Below are positions 44,449 through 54,021 of a DNA stretch of 64,000 nt, in pieces. A program made the translations under genes and the position numbers. Below the pieces are notes generated by a model. It saw nothing but the letters and a program-made list of their open reading frames with translations. It was not told the origin of the DNA and ran no database searches. The stretch lies in contig CBDAFS010000011.1 in NCBI GenBank assembly GCA_965195285.1, positions 1-64,000 on the forward strand, written 5' to 3'. Within the stretch, counting starts at the first letter, position 1; each line of letters starts with the position of its first letter. Origin of the DNA: an uncultured Aminicenantes bacterium. Lineage in GTDB: Bacteria > Acidobacteriota > Aminicenantia > UBA2199.

Positions 44449-46779
44449 TTAGTAGAAAGATGGTCCTACTCCAAAGCCAATGTGGAAATGCGAGTCATCG
44501 GATTTAAGGGTTCTGGGATTATAGGCAAAGATAAGCCTGAAAGGCACGCCCATCATGGGAACATACACCTTCAGTTCCAATCCCAGTGAGGTGTAAATGT
44601 TATTAAAATTAATGTTTTGGCCCGTATCATAGGCATTGCCCAGATCGTAGAAAAATACAAATGTGAATTGTTCGGACAGGGGAATATGGTATTCAAAATT
44701 CATAAAAAAGGCCTTGTTGCCCCCGATAACATTCCCCTCTGGATCCTTGGGGCCGATCCTGTATATATCAAATCCACGGATGGACCGTTCGCCGCCAAGG
44801 AAGAATTTTTCGTAGAAAGGGAGTACGTTTTCATCTCCTTCGTTGTCAACCCCGAATGGTATGACATATTGATAAACCGCATGCATGCCAAATACATGTT
44901 TCCGGCCCAGGGGAAAGAATTTGGTGAATTCAAATTTGTATTTGTGGAGGAAAATATCCCCGCCCAGAATTCCTCCCGAATAACGGTAATTGACAAGATA
45001 TTTGGTTCCCGAACTGGGAAAAAGGGGTGAGTCAACTGTGGAATAATATATGGTGGGTGAGAATGAATTAATGGTTCGCTTGCCTTCGGTATAATAGTAA
45101 TAAGAATAGGGATTGGTCCATTCCAGGTCTTCATTAATATCACTGATTTCGATTTTTTCACTGCCAAGCATTACCGATGCGCCCGTAAACTTCCAGATCC
45201 GGAAAGAGGTTATCAGATTATATCCATGGCCGTCTTTGGTATAAAGACCGGGATAGCGGAAAGATGTTTTGAATAAATCAAAACCCATACTGGCTGGCAG
45301 GTTGAACAGATAGGGTTCGGTAAAAGCCACCCGGTAGGTTTCGGCCCGGGTGCCTCTGGAGAGATTCAGGGTTAGTTTTTCTCCCAGTCCCAGAAAATTC
45401 TGGGTTGAGTATCCCAGGGCGATAAACCAGCCTTCGTAACCGCTGTAACCGGTATTGAAATTAATCATCTGACGCTGGAGTTCTTTGACTTTAACTTGCA
45501 GATCTATTTTATATGGATCTGACGGATTAGCGGTGATTTCGGGCATTTCTTCGATGGTGACCAGCCCCAGCTGTTTCATCCTCCGGATAGAGTCTTCCAG
45601 GGCATTCATATTCAATCTGTTGCCCTCCTTGAGCAGCCATTCCCTCCGGATCACATGATCTTTGGTAAAGGTGTTGCCGGTAAATTCCAGTTTCCCCACA
45701 TAGCATATATCATCTTCATTGATTCTGACGGTCAGATCAGCTGTTCTCTTGACCGGGTCCAGATTGTCGACCGGGACGATCTGGCTGCGGCAGTATCCGA
45801 TAGTGCCGTAGAGTTTCTGGATCTCGGCGATAAAATCATTCCGTTTTTTCATATCATATATCTGGCCCTTTTTCAGGGGCATTTTTCTTTTGAGGTAGGA
45901 TGATTTAATGACCTTGTTACCCTCGATCTTCATGATTCCAAACCGGTACTGGGGGCCCATTTCAATCGGGATTGATAACCGTAGCATTTTTTGAACTTTT
46001 CCGAAAATGGTGGCCTTGCGGAAAAAAGTCATTTTCGGGGTTCCGATTTTGGCTTCCAGAAAGCCTTTCTGCTGCAGGCGCAGTTTGAGGTTTTCCAGAT
46101 CTTCTTTTATGGAATCCTCGTTATATATATCTTCTTTACTGATGGAAGAAATCAAGCCATGGGCTTCGGTTTTTTCAAAGCCACCGATCAGAAAAACCGG
46201 AGAAATCATGGATGTATCCAAACCGGGAAAATCAATGTCGCCGATGCGGGTTTTGGGACCCTGCTCGACCTGGACGGTAATGGCCACCTGCTGATTATCG
46301 ATTTTGGTATCTATATTGATTTTACCTTCATTGTATCCCTTTTCCTCCAGCATGGTTTTTATGATTCTCTCGACTTTCTTCAGCTTGACCGGATTAAAGT
46401 AGGAGTAGGGGGATAAAATAATATTGTTTTCCTGTAGTTTGGAGGTGATATCATCTTTTTTTATTTGCTTGCCCGTTTTATAGGTGATGGTTGAGATGAA
46501 CAGGTTTTCCTTTACAATGATCTTGATGATGATTCCCCGGGGGCCATCCTCGGTTTCGATACGAATATTTTCAAAAAAACCGGTTTCCCATAATGATTGA
46601 AAATCTTTTTTTAAAATATCCTTTGAGTAGATTTCATTGGGTTTTGATTTCATGTAAAAGAGAACCGTGTCCTTAGATACTTTTTTATTTCCGATGACCA
46701 TAATATTCTCAATAATTTCTGCATTCAATGTGCACAGCAGAAGTAGGAAGACAGAAACCGTGATTATCATTCTTTTCAT
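44449..46779 (-). CDS. bamA: Outer membrane protein assembly factor BamA
   Basis: POTRA repeats, GNTFTKDHVIRRE, NFLGLG, SIRGF motif, aromatic C-terminus. Confidence 0.96.
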   Translation of the reverse strand: MKRMIITVSVFLLLLCTLNAEIIENIMVIGNKKVSKDTVLFYMKSKPNEIYSKDILKKDFQSLWETGFFENIRIETEDGPRGIIIKIIVKENLFISTITYKTGKQIKKDDITSKLQENNIILSPYSYFNPVKLKKVERIIKTMLEEKGYNEGKINIDTKIDNQQVAITVQVEQGPKTRIGDIDFPGLDTSMISPVFLIGGFEKTEAHGLISSISKEDIYNEDSIKEDLENLKLRLQQKGFLEAKIGTPKMTFFRKATIFGKVQKMLRLSIPIEMGPQYRFGIMKIEGNKVIKSSYLKRKMPLKKGQIYDMKKRNDFIAEIQKLYGTIGYCRSQIVPVDNLDPVKRTADLTVRINEDDICYVGKLEFTGNTFTKDHVIRREWLLKEGNRLNMNALEDSIRRMKQLGLVTIEEMPEITANPSDPYKIDLQVKVKELQRQMINFNTGYSGYEGWFIALGYSTQNFLGLGEKLTLNLSRGTRAETYRVAFTEPYLFNLPASMGFDLFKTSFRYPGLYTKDGHGYNLITSFRIWKFTGASVMLGSEKIEISDINEDLEWTNPYSYYYYTEGKRTINSFSPTIYYSTVDSPLFPSSGTKYLVNYRYSGGILGGDIFLHKYKFEFTKFFPLGRKHVFGMHAVYQYVIPFGVDNEGDENVLPFYEKFFLGGERSIRGFDIYRIGPKDPEGNVIGGNKAFFMNFEYHIPLSEQFTFVFFYDLGNAYDTGQNINFNNIYTSLGLELKVYVPMMGVPFRLIFAYNPRTLKSDDSHFHIGFGVGPSFY

Positions 46780-46945
46780 TGTACCCTCGATAAGTTGTTT
46801 TTATATCATACTTTCACATAAATATCAACCTGTTATTGCAGCCCAATCGGGAGCTGTTCATACAGATAGGATCGTCTTCCGGCTCCGGATGGTTTCATCC
46901 GGAGAAATATTTTTTTTTTGCGGTTATTGCTCTGCAAAAATTTTA

Positions 46946-46974
46946 TTGACTAACATCGGTTAACCCTCTATAAT
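46946..46974 (+). promoter_or_regulatory. Sigma70 promoter of uxs, probably leaderless
   Basis: TTGACT-17 nt-TATAAT, 5 nt before ATG, no SD. Confidence 0.7.
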
Positions 46975-46979
46975 AAAAT

Positions 46980-47924
46980 ATGGCAACGATTTTAATTACC
47001 GGCGGTGCCGGCTTTCTGGGTTCTCATTTGTGTGACTGGTTTCTGGACAGGAACTGGCGGGTGATTGTGGTTGATAATTTGATCACCGGAGCCATTGAGA
47101 ACATATCGCATTTACTGGGAAAGGAAAATTTTTCCTTTTACAAATACAGTGTAACCAATTATCTGTTTTTTGAAGAGAAGATTGACCTGATTCTTCACTT
47201 TGCCTGCCCTGCCTCTCCCTTTGATTACATTCAATATCCGATTCACACCATGAAAGTGGATTCACTGGGGACTTTGAACACCCTGGGATTGGCCAAAAGC
47301 AAAGGTTCCAGGTATGTTTTTGCTTCTACCTCAGAGGTCTATGGTAGTCCGGCAGTGCATCCTCAGCCTGAGGATTACTGGGGGCATGTAAATCCGGTTG
47401 GACCCCGTTCGGTTTACGATGAGGCCAAACGGTTTTCCGAGGCCATGTGCATGGCCTATTTCAGAGAACATGGTATCGATGTCAGAATTGCCCGAATTTT
47501 TAACACCTATGGTACCCGGATGCGGCTGGATGACGGACGGGTCATTCCTACCTTCATTTCTCAGGCTTTGAAGAATGAGGATATTACCATATTCGGAGAG
47601 GGGGACCAAACCCGGAGCTTTTGTTTTATCGATGATCTTACCGAGGGAGTCTATACGCTTTCCACCCGGGATGGCCTGGCCGGAGAAGTGGTTAACCTGG
47701 GGAATCCGGAAGAACTGTCCATTCGGAAACTGGCGGATACGGTCATCGAAAAAACCGCCTCCCGATCAAAGTTGAAATTTGAATCCATGCCCGTGGATGA
47801 TCCCCCGATCAGACAGCCGGATATCAGCAAGGCCCGGAAATTATTGGGTTTTGACCCTGGCGTTCCTCTGTCTGAAGGCCTGGACAGGATAATCCCCTGG
47901 TTCAAGAAAAAAATTGAAGACTGA
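46980..47924 (+). CDS. UDP-glucuronate decarboxylase-like extended SDR
   Basis: TGGAGFLGS, ACPASP, ASTSEVYG, YDEAKR, RIFNTYG, DDP..RQPDI. Confidence 0.92.
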   Translation: MATILITGGAGFLGSHLCDWFLDRNWRVIVVDNLITGAIENISHLLGKENFSFYKYSVTNYLFFEEKIDLILHFACPASPFDYIQYPIHTMKVDSLGTLNTLGLAKSKGSRYVFASTSEVYGSPAVHPQPEDYWGHVNPVGPRSVYDEAKRFSEAMCMAYFREHGIDVRIARIFNTYGTRMRLDDGRVIPTFISQALKNEDITIFGEGDQTRSFCFIDDLTEGVYTLSTRDGLAGEVVNLGNPEELSIRKLADTVIEKTASRSKLKFESMPVDDPPIRQPDISKARKLLGFDPGVPLSEGLDRIIPWFKKKIED

Positions 47925-48852
47925 TTCCCTTATTTTCGGACCGGTCCCCTCCAGGCGGCTGGGAATATCCCTGGGAATTGATATCATCCCTTTTAAAACC
48001 TGTTCCCTGGATTGCATTTATTGTGAATGCGGGGCTACCAATCACCTGAGCCTGGAGCGAAGGCATTTTATTGATGTGGATACGGTTCTGTCTCAGCTGA
48101 AGCAAATCCTGAAGGACCTGAACCATGTGGATTATATTACCTTCTCCGGTTCGGGTGAGCCCACTCTCAATAAAGATATTGGCACCATGATCTCTGAAAT
48201 CAAGCGCCTGACTTCCATCCCGGTGGCGGTATTAACCAACGGTACTTTGTTGTACCGGGATGATGTGGCCAGGGACCTGCTTCCGGCGGATGTGATTTTG
48301 CCGTCGCTTGATGCGGTTTCAGAGGAGGTTTTTTCCAAAATTAATCGTCCCCATCCGCAATTGGAAATGGTTAAAATCATCGATGGTCTTATCCGTTTCA
48401 GAAAGGTTTACACTGGTGAGATTTGGCTGGAAATTTTTGTGGTCAAATCCATAAATGATCATGACGGGGAATTGACTGAATTATACCGGACCATCAAGAA
48501 AATCAGACCTGATAAGGTCCAACTCAATTCCCTGGATCGTCCCCCGTCAGATCCCCGGGTTCGGCCGGTTGAAATGAAAAAACTGGAAGCTATCAAGCAA
48601 AAGTGGAAAGACCTGCCGGTTGAGATCGTTAAAAGAATCCGCCGGAGAGAGGAGATTGTTGCCTTCAGTAAAAACCTTGAAAGTACCATCCTGAACACCA
48701 TTACCCGGCGACCTCTGATGATTGATGACCTGGTTCAGTTAACCGGAAAAAACCGACTGGAAATTTTTAAATATATTGATGTTCTGGAAAAAGAGATGAA
48801 AATTTACCCCAAAATTGTGGGGAAAAAGATTTTTTATACGGCCAAAACCTAA
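47914..48852 (+). CDS. Radical SAM protein (uncharacterised Tyw1-related family) with C-terminal HTH-like region
   Basis: FGPVPSRRLGISLG, CSLDCIYC, SGSGEPTL, TNG, SLDA. Confidence 0.9.
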   Translation: MKTDSLIFGPVPSRRLGISLGIDIIPFKTCSLDCIYCECGATNHLSLERRHFIDVDTVLSQLKQILKDLNHVDYITFSGSGEPTLNKDIGTMISEIKRLTSIPVAVLTNGTLLYRDDVARDLLPADVILPSLDAVSEEVFSKINRPHPQLEMVKIIDGLIRFRKVYTGEIWLEIFVVKSINDHDGELTELYRTIKKIRPDKVQLNSLDRPPSDPRVRPVEMKKLEAIKQKWKDLPVEIVKRIRRREEIVAFSKNLESTILNTITRRPLMIDDLVQLTGKNRLEIFKYIDVLEKEMKIYPKIVGKKIFYTAKT

Positions 48853-48956
48853 ATCATTGGGCATTATACTTAGAGAAAAAGCATTTCATCTCATTTTTCA
48901 ATACATCATGCAATTCGAAGGGGATTGTCCGCTTGCGAATCATTAAATTTGATTGA

Positions 48957-49592
48957 TTACTGATTGTTCTTGAAGAGCGTTTCCGTTTCTTCCTGAATTA
49001 ATATCCAGAATGTATAGATTCCAAGTGCAGTTCCAAAAGGTATATTGATCAAATTTATGGCACCCAGAATGAGGGCCAGAATCCTCGACCAGGGACGATA
49101 TTTTAGTAGTCCGAAGCCGCATATAATACCAGGAGCAGAGAATAAAATTAAAAATCCGGCCACAACGAAAGCTATTATAGTGGTGATGGCAATCACAGTT
49201 TCATCTCCTGAAATGAGTCCGCCTCCTGCTACAGCTGCGAAGACTATGATAGCGATAATAAGAGTGATTGAATTAAAAACGATATAGAGCCCCCCTAGAA
49301 AGGAGACATGTTTTTGAAGGGATGTTGTTTTATCCTGTGCCAAAGGTTGATCATCTGTTTTTTTTAATTCTTTTGCAGGTATTTTAGCTTTTTTTTCTTC
49401 TAATTCCTGTGACGGTTCAAGTGGTATGATAAAAATGGCGACAAGATAGGCAAGGAGTCCTCCACCACCGAATAATACCAGTAGTACAGTGATGATTCTG
49501 ATAATGACAGGATCAATGTCGAAATATTCTCCGATTCCACCACACACTCCGGCAATGATTCGCTCATTTCGGCTCCGATTAAGTTTTTTCAT
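48957..49592 (-). CDS. PspC domain membrane protein with an extra multi-TM C-terminal domain
   Basis: RSRNERIIAGVCGGIGEYFDIDP; C-terminal IPFGTALGIY. Confidence 0.88.
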   Translation of the reverse strand: MKKLNRSRNERIIAGVCGGIGEYFDIDPVIIRIITVLLVLFGGGGLLAYLVAIFIIPLEPSQELEEKKAKIPAKELKKTDDQPLAQDKTTSLQKHVSFLGGLYIVFNSITLIIAIIVFAAVAGGGLISGDETVIAITTIIAFVVAGFLILFSAPGIICGFGLLKYRPWSRILALILGAINLINIPFGTALGIYTFWILIQEETETLFKNNQ

Positions 49593-49690
49593 CCCTCACC
49601 TCCTCTTTTTGCCATTCGCTTTCATGACTGTATCTCTTTAACGAATTTTCAGGAGAAAAGGTTTAAAATACCCTGTCAGCGGGGTGAGAT

Positions 49691-50248
49691 TTAGTTCAGG
49701 TCATTTTTGCGGAAAACCGCAGTTCTGGCAAGGGTATCATGCAGGGCTTGCCTCTTTTCTCCAAGTATATACAAACAGCCGAAAAGGATGACTATTCCGG
49801 CCAGGCCCGCAATTGAATTTAAAAAGGTGAAACCGCTTATACGACCTGTCAACTCGAGCAGTACGGATCCGTTTTTAATGGCAAAGCGCGGAAAATAAAC
49901 CCATATATCACCGGTCTTTCCATCCTGAGTTCCAATCTTGATGCCCAAAAGCATTTTTCCCGGTGTGGCTCCGAAAAAGGCTTCGGTGATCATATAGAGG
50001 GTGCTGAAATGGGCGATAAAGAGTGAAACCCTCATCATTTCATCATAGGCTTCCTGGGGGGTGAAATGGTGGTTGCCGGCTGTGTTCATGATAGCCTCGG
50101 TTAATTGGCCCTTGATAAAAGCGCTGAAGGTGTTTTCCATCAGCAGGGCCATCAGAATGGAGGCCAGAAGGGTGATGACAAAGCTGTCAATGATGAACGC
50201 CCCCAACCGGGGCCCGAAGCCGACTCTTTTTTCAGTTTCCAGATTCAT
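49691..50248 (-). CDS. RDD family membrane protein
   Basis: RLGAFIID, TPGKMLLG, QALHD motifs. Confidence 0.9.
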   Translation of the reverse strand: MNLETEKRVGFGPRLGAFIIDSFVITLLASILMALLMENTFSAFIKGQLTEAIMNTAGNHHFTPQEAYDEMMRVSLFIAHFSTLYMITEAFFGATPGKMLLGIKIGTQDGKTGDIWVYFPRFAIKNGSVLLELTGRISGFTFLNSIAGLAGIVILFGCLYILGEKRQALHDTLARTAVFRKNDLN

Positions 50249-50801
50249 CTTTTGTCTCTGGTTGTTTTATGAATTTGTAAGGCTTTCCGTTTTTGACATT
50301 CAGCAGCAGAGGTCCTGAAAAACCCAGTTTCAACAATTCCCGCCTTAAACAGGTCATAAAAAATCCATGGCTGACCACCAGGATTCTGGTTGATCGGGGA
50401 TGGGACATACAGTGTTGGTGAATAAATTCTCTGGCTCGATGGGTACTCATCTTCCGGTTTTCAGGCTGGATTTTTGTCTTAAACAGCCACTGCAATCTAC
50501 CCACCAGGGCCCACAGAAAAAGAGGAATTTTGAGCCGGGTCTGAAATCCGGCTTTCAACGGGACTTCCCTCAGTAGATCGGTTGGTATGGATTGACCATT
50601 ATAAATGATGTTAGCAGTCTTAAGGGCCCGCTTCATGGTGCTGGTATAACAGCAATCCCACTGCTTGAAATCATGATCCGGGGTGATGGGGATAATGCCT
50701 GCTGAATTATAGGATTCCATATTTTGGTTAAAGGTGTTTGAATCACTCCATTTTTTAAATTTGAAATTCACCGGATAATGCCGGACCAGTTCGATGATCA
50801 T
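50232..50801 (-). CDS. Histidine phosphatase family protein
   Basis: LVRH, STMKRALKTA, LLREV, LVVSHG. Confidence 0.8.
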   Translation of the reverse strand: MIIELVRHYPVNFKFKKWSDSNTFNQNMESYNSAGIIPITPDHDFKQWDCCYTSTMKRALKTANIIYNGQSIPTDLLREVPLKAGFQTRLKIPLFLWALVGRLQWLFKTKIQPENRKMSTHRAREFIHQHCMSHPRSTRILVVSHGFFMTCLRRELLKLGFSGPLLLNVKNGKPYKFIKQPETKDESGN

Positions 50802-52003
50802 TGGCCACTTATTTTTTCAACTTGTTTGAAAACACGCAGCAAATTGCCGCCCAGAATTTTTTTGATATCCATGGGTCGATACCCCCTTTTCAATAGGTGG
50901 TAGGTGATCAGGGGGAATCCCGAAACGTCCTCCAATCCGCGGGGGTAACTGGTGGCCCCGTCAAAATCAGAACCCAATCCCACGTAATCAATTCCTACCA
51001 GCTTGACCACATGATCGATATGCGTGATCAGGATATCGATCTCCGGTGGTGGTGGGGCATGCTTTAGCCATAGCTCAAATACTGCACTCCAGTACTGGTT
51101 CTGGTTGTCCTGGTATTTTTCTTTGAGTTTTTTTCTATGGGGGGCGATTTTTTGTTGGATCGCCATGGCTTTTTGCCGGTAATCCGGGTCCAGGAAGACG
51201 GAAAAAAAATTGATTTGAATGACTCCGCCCTTTTCAGCCAGCTTCCTGATCATTTTATCGGTTAAATTTCTGGGGGAATCACATATGGATCGACAGCAGG
51301 AATGTGAGGCGATTACCGGTGCTCTGGAAACCTTGAGCACCTCCCAGAAAGCCTGGTCCGATATATGAGAAACATCGATCATCATACCCAGGCGGTTCAT
51401 TTCTGTCACCACCTCCCGGCCAAAGGGACTCAGTCCGTTCCATCTGGGTTTCTCTGCTGTCGAGGAATCGCAAATGTCATTATTTTTGACATGGGTCAGG
51501 GTGATGTAACGCACACCGAGCCGGTAATAATCTCTGAGCAAGCGCAAACTCCCTTCTATCGGACCCCCATTTTCAATGCCGATCAATATGGCCCGTTTTC
51601 CTTTTTTCTCGATGTCGATAATATCACTGACCGAAAAAGCCATCTCGGCCAGATCTGGATTGGCTTCAACCTGGAGGTATATTTCATCGATCATTTCCAG
51701 GGCATTTTTGGCCGGATGCTTTTCATCCAGGTTATTGGATACATATACGGCAAAGAAAGAGGCATCCACACCACCCTGCTTCATCCGTACCAGATCCACA
51801 TCGGTGCTGTCCAATTTATTGCCGATATTGACACCCCGCTCAATCATGGCCATGGGGGTGTCACAGTGGGTGTCAATCACAATGGCAGAATCATGAATGG
51901 CCAGGGCTTTTTCCCACAGCTCCGGATCCAATTTCCGGGAAGACGCTGATAGGGTCAGGTAAAACAGAGACCAGACAACCAGGATGATTAATTTTGATTT
52001 CAT
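50798..52003 (-). CDS. M19 membrane dipeptidase
   Basis: DTHCD, GIENG, DVSH, ASHS, GLGSDFDG. Confidence 0.94.
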   Translation of the reverse strand: MKSKLIILVVWSLFYLTLSASSRKLDPELWEKALAIHDSAIVIDTHCDTPMAMIERGVNIGNKLDSTDVDLVRMKQGGVDASFFAVYVSNNLDEKHPAKNALEMIDEIYLQVEANPDLAEMAFSVSDIIDIEKKGKRAILIGIENGGPIEGSLRLLRDYYRLGVRYITLTHVKNNDICDSSTAEKPRWNGLSPFGREVVTEMNRLGMMIDVSHISDQAFWEVLKVSRAPVIASHSCCRSICDSPRNLTDKMIRKLAEKGGVIQINFFSVFLDPDYRQKAMAIQQKIAPHRKKLKEKYQDNQNQYWSAVFELWLKHAPPPPEIDILITHIDHVVKLVGIDYVGLGSDFDGATSYPRGLEDVSGFPLITYHLLKRGYRPMDIKKILGGNLLRVFKQVEKISGQ

Positions 52004-52107
52004 GATGCTTCACTCTGAAAAAAACCTTTCACGTTTTTTCATATCAGATAAGGATTTAAAAGTCAAATTGAAGTGAAATCTTTTTTAAGATATACTTAAT
52101 ACGGAAT

Positions 52108-52800
52108 ATGAAAAAAAAGCAGTTACTGATCCTGGGATTGATTTTGCTGGTGGCCCTGGTTGTAATCTGGATAGTGTTGGTGCCGGCTGAGTCTGATGCC
52201 CGACCGGAGCCCATCATTATCTGCATGGGTGACAGCCTGACCGAGAGCGAATTCGGGTATTACCCCAAGCACCTGCAGGGTTTGTTAAAGCGGCAGGATA
52301 TTGCAGCTAAGGTCGTCACAGCGGCCCAGCCGGGCAATACCTCGGGTGAATACCTGGACTATTTGAAGCGTTCTGGAATTTTGGAAAAAATCAGGCCGGA
52401 CATGACCATTATTATGCTGGGGACCAATGATGTAAGAATTGATAGAGACCACACCCCGCTCTCCCGTTACCGGCACAACATGATCCAGATTATCAGCCGG
52501 ATCAAAGCCGGAAAAGCTTTCAGGAGATCCCCCACCACCATATTTATTGCGTCGATCCCGCCCATATTTAAGATTGATCTTCGCACCTTTGATGAAAGTT
52601 CAAAGAAGCGGGTGGAGGAGGAGATCGTTCCGGCCATACGGAATCTGGCCCGGCAGGAGCAGGTTCATTTCATTGATGTATTCGGTTTTTTTCAGAAAAA
52701 ACCGGAATTGATGGCCGGGATTCATCCCCGGAAGCGGGGATATTTTGGCCTGGCCAGGTTTATTTTTGACTGTATCCGGCCCTATTTGGAGGTTGAATGA
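52108..52800 (+). CDS. SGNH/GDSL hydrolase, membrane anchored
   Basis: GDSLT, GTND, GIHP. Confidence 0.9.
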   Translation: MKKKQLLILGLILLVALVVIWIVLVPAESDARPEPIIICMGDSLTESEFGYYPKHLQGLLKRQDIAAKVVTAAQPGNTSGEYLDYLKRSGILEKIRPDMTIIMLGTNDVRIDRDHTPLSRYRHNMIQIISRIKAGKAFRRSPTTIFIASIPPIFKIDLRTFDESSKKRVEEEIVPAIRNLARQEQVHFIDVFGFFQKKPELMAGIHPRKRGYFGLARFIFDCIRPYLEVE

Positions 52801-53816
52801 AAAAGATTTTGACTCGTTTTATTTTACCCTTGATAATCACGGTTTTGATCCTGTTCTTTTTCTTCCGGGATATTTCCTTTATGGATATCAAAGAGAACTT
52901 TTTAAAAATCCCGACAGCCACATTGCTGGTTTTTATTTTGCTTTCCCTGCTGGGAACGTTGTTGAGAGCGGTAAAATATCATATACTGCTTTCCAGGAAG
53001 TTAAGTTTTTCAGATGTTTTTTTGATTACCCTGGTCAGGAATTTCGCCGTTGACCTTCTGCCCGCCCGCTCAGCAGCCCTGATTTTTTACACCTATCTGA
53101 CCAAGAAAAAGGGCCTGTCACTGGAGGAGGGAGCCTCCAGTTTTGTCGTATCTGTTTTTTATGACGGCCTGGCCCTGTCATTCATGCTGGGAGGGCTGGT
53201 CTTCTTTCTGAAAACCGAGATAAGCAAGACCGCCATTTATTCGGGAATATTACTGATTTTTTTTATATCCGTAGGCATGATTTTCTTCTCCGACAAGGTT
53301 ATCGAATTTGTACTCGGATTCAGGATTACCAGGCGTTTTAAAAAAATTGAAAATCCATTAAAGAATATTCATACTTATTTGCTCAACCATAAAAGCAATT
53401 CCGAGAGGGTGATTATTTTTGTTTTGAGTTTTTTCATCCGAATCATAAAATATATCTTTATTTATATCCTTTTTGAGGGAGTGGTGCAGATCGGCTGGGG
53501 GACCAAAATTTTTTCGGTATTCAGTTTCAGCCTGGCCATTACCGAGCTGAGTTCTCTGTTGCCCATCCAGGGACTGGGCGGTTTCGGCACCTGGGAGCTG
53601 GCTTTTGCGGTATCGTTCGGGGCCATGTTCGATGCCTATGCAATTTCCAGGTCCACCATTCAATCCGCCGGTTTTGTCATTCATATCATCACCCAGGTAT
53701 GGGAATATTTCATTGGTTTGCTGGCCTTTCTCTATTTAAATATTAAAACGAGGAGACATTCCAAAAGAAATCTCAATTCAAGTCATACAGACTCCGCTGC
53801 TACCGGAAAGTCATAA
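52797..53816 (+). CDS. Lysylphosphatidylglycerol synthase TM / flippase-like (UPF0104) membrane protein
   Basis: Multi-TM; LLPARS and LPIQGLGGFGTWE motifs. Confidence 0.82.
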   Translation: MKKILTRFILPLIITVLILFFFFRDISFMDIKENFLKIPTATLLVFILLSLLGTLLRAVKYHILLSRKLSFSDVFLITLVRNFAVDLLPARSAALIFYTYLTKKKGLSLEEGASSFVVSVFYDGLALSFMLGGLVFFLKTEISKTAIYSGILLIFFISVGMIFFSDKVIEFVLGFRITRRFKKIENPLKNIHTYLLNHKSNSERVIIFVLSFFIRIIKYIFIYILFEGVVQIGWGTKIFSVFSFSLAITELSSLLPIQGLGGFGTWELAFAVSFGAMFDAYAISRSTIQSAGFVIHIITQVWEYFIGLLAFLYLNIKTRRHSKRNLNSSHTDSAATGKS

Positions 53817-53817
53817 G

Positions 53818-54009
53818 ATGAAAAAATGGTATTTGATCCTGCTGCTGACTTCCATTCTCTATCTGGTTTTTTCTACCAGCAGAAAACATAAAAAGGGCGG
53901 GCGGGAAATCCTCAGGCGTCTGAATTCCACCATGAGCCTGCTGGCCTGGTTTCTGCTGTTGGTTTACGGGTTGGCTTTCATCTACTGGATTTTTAAGAGT
54001 ATCTTTTGA
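53818..54009 (+). CDS. Small two-TM hypothetical protein
   Basis: Fills the gap between co-oriented genes with tight spacing; two hydrophobic helices. Confidence 0.65.
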   Translation: MKKWYLILLLTSILYLVFSTSRKHKKGGREILRRLNSTMSLLAWFLLLVYGLAFIYWIFKSIF

Positions 54010-54021
54010 GGGAGGGAGACG

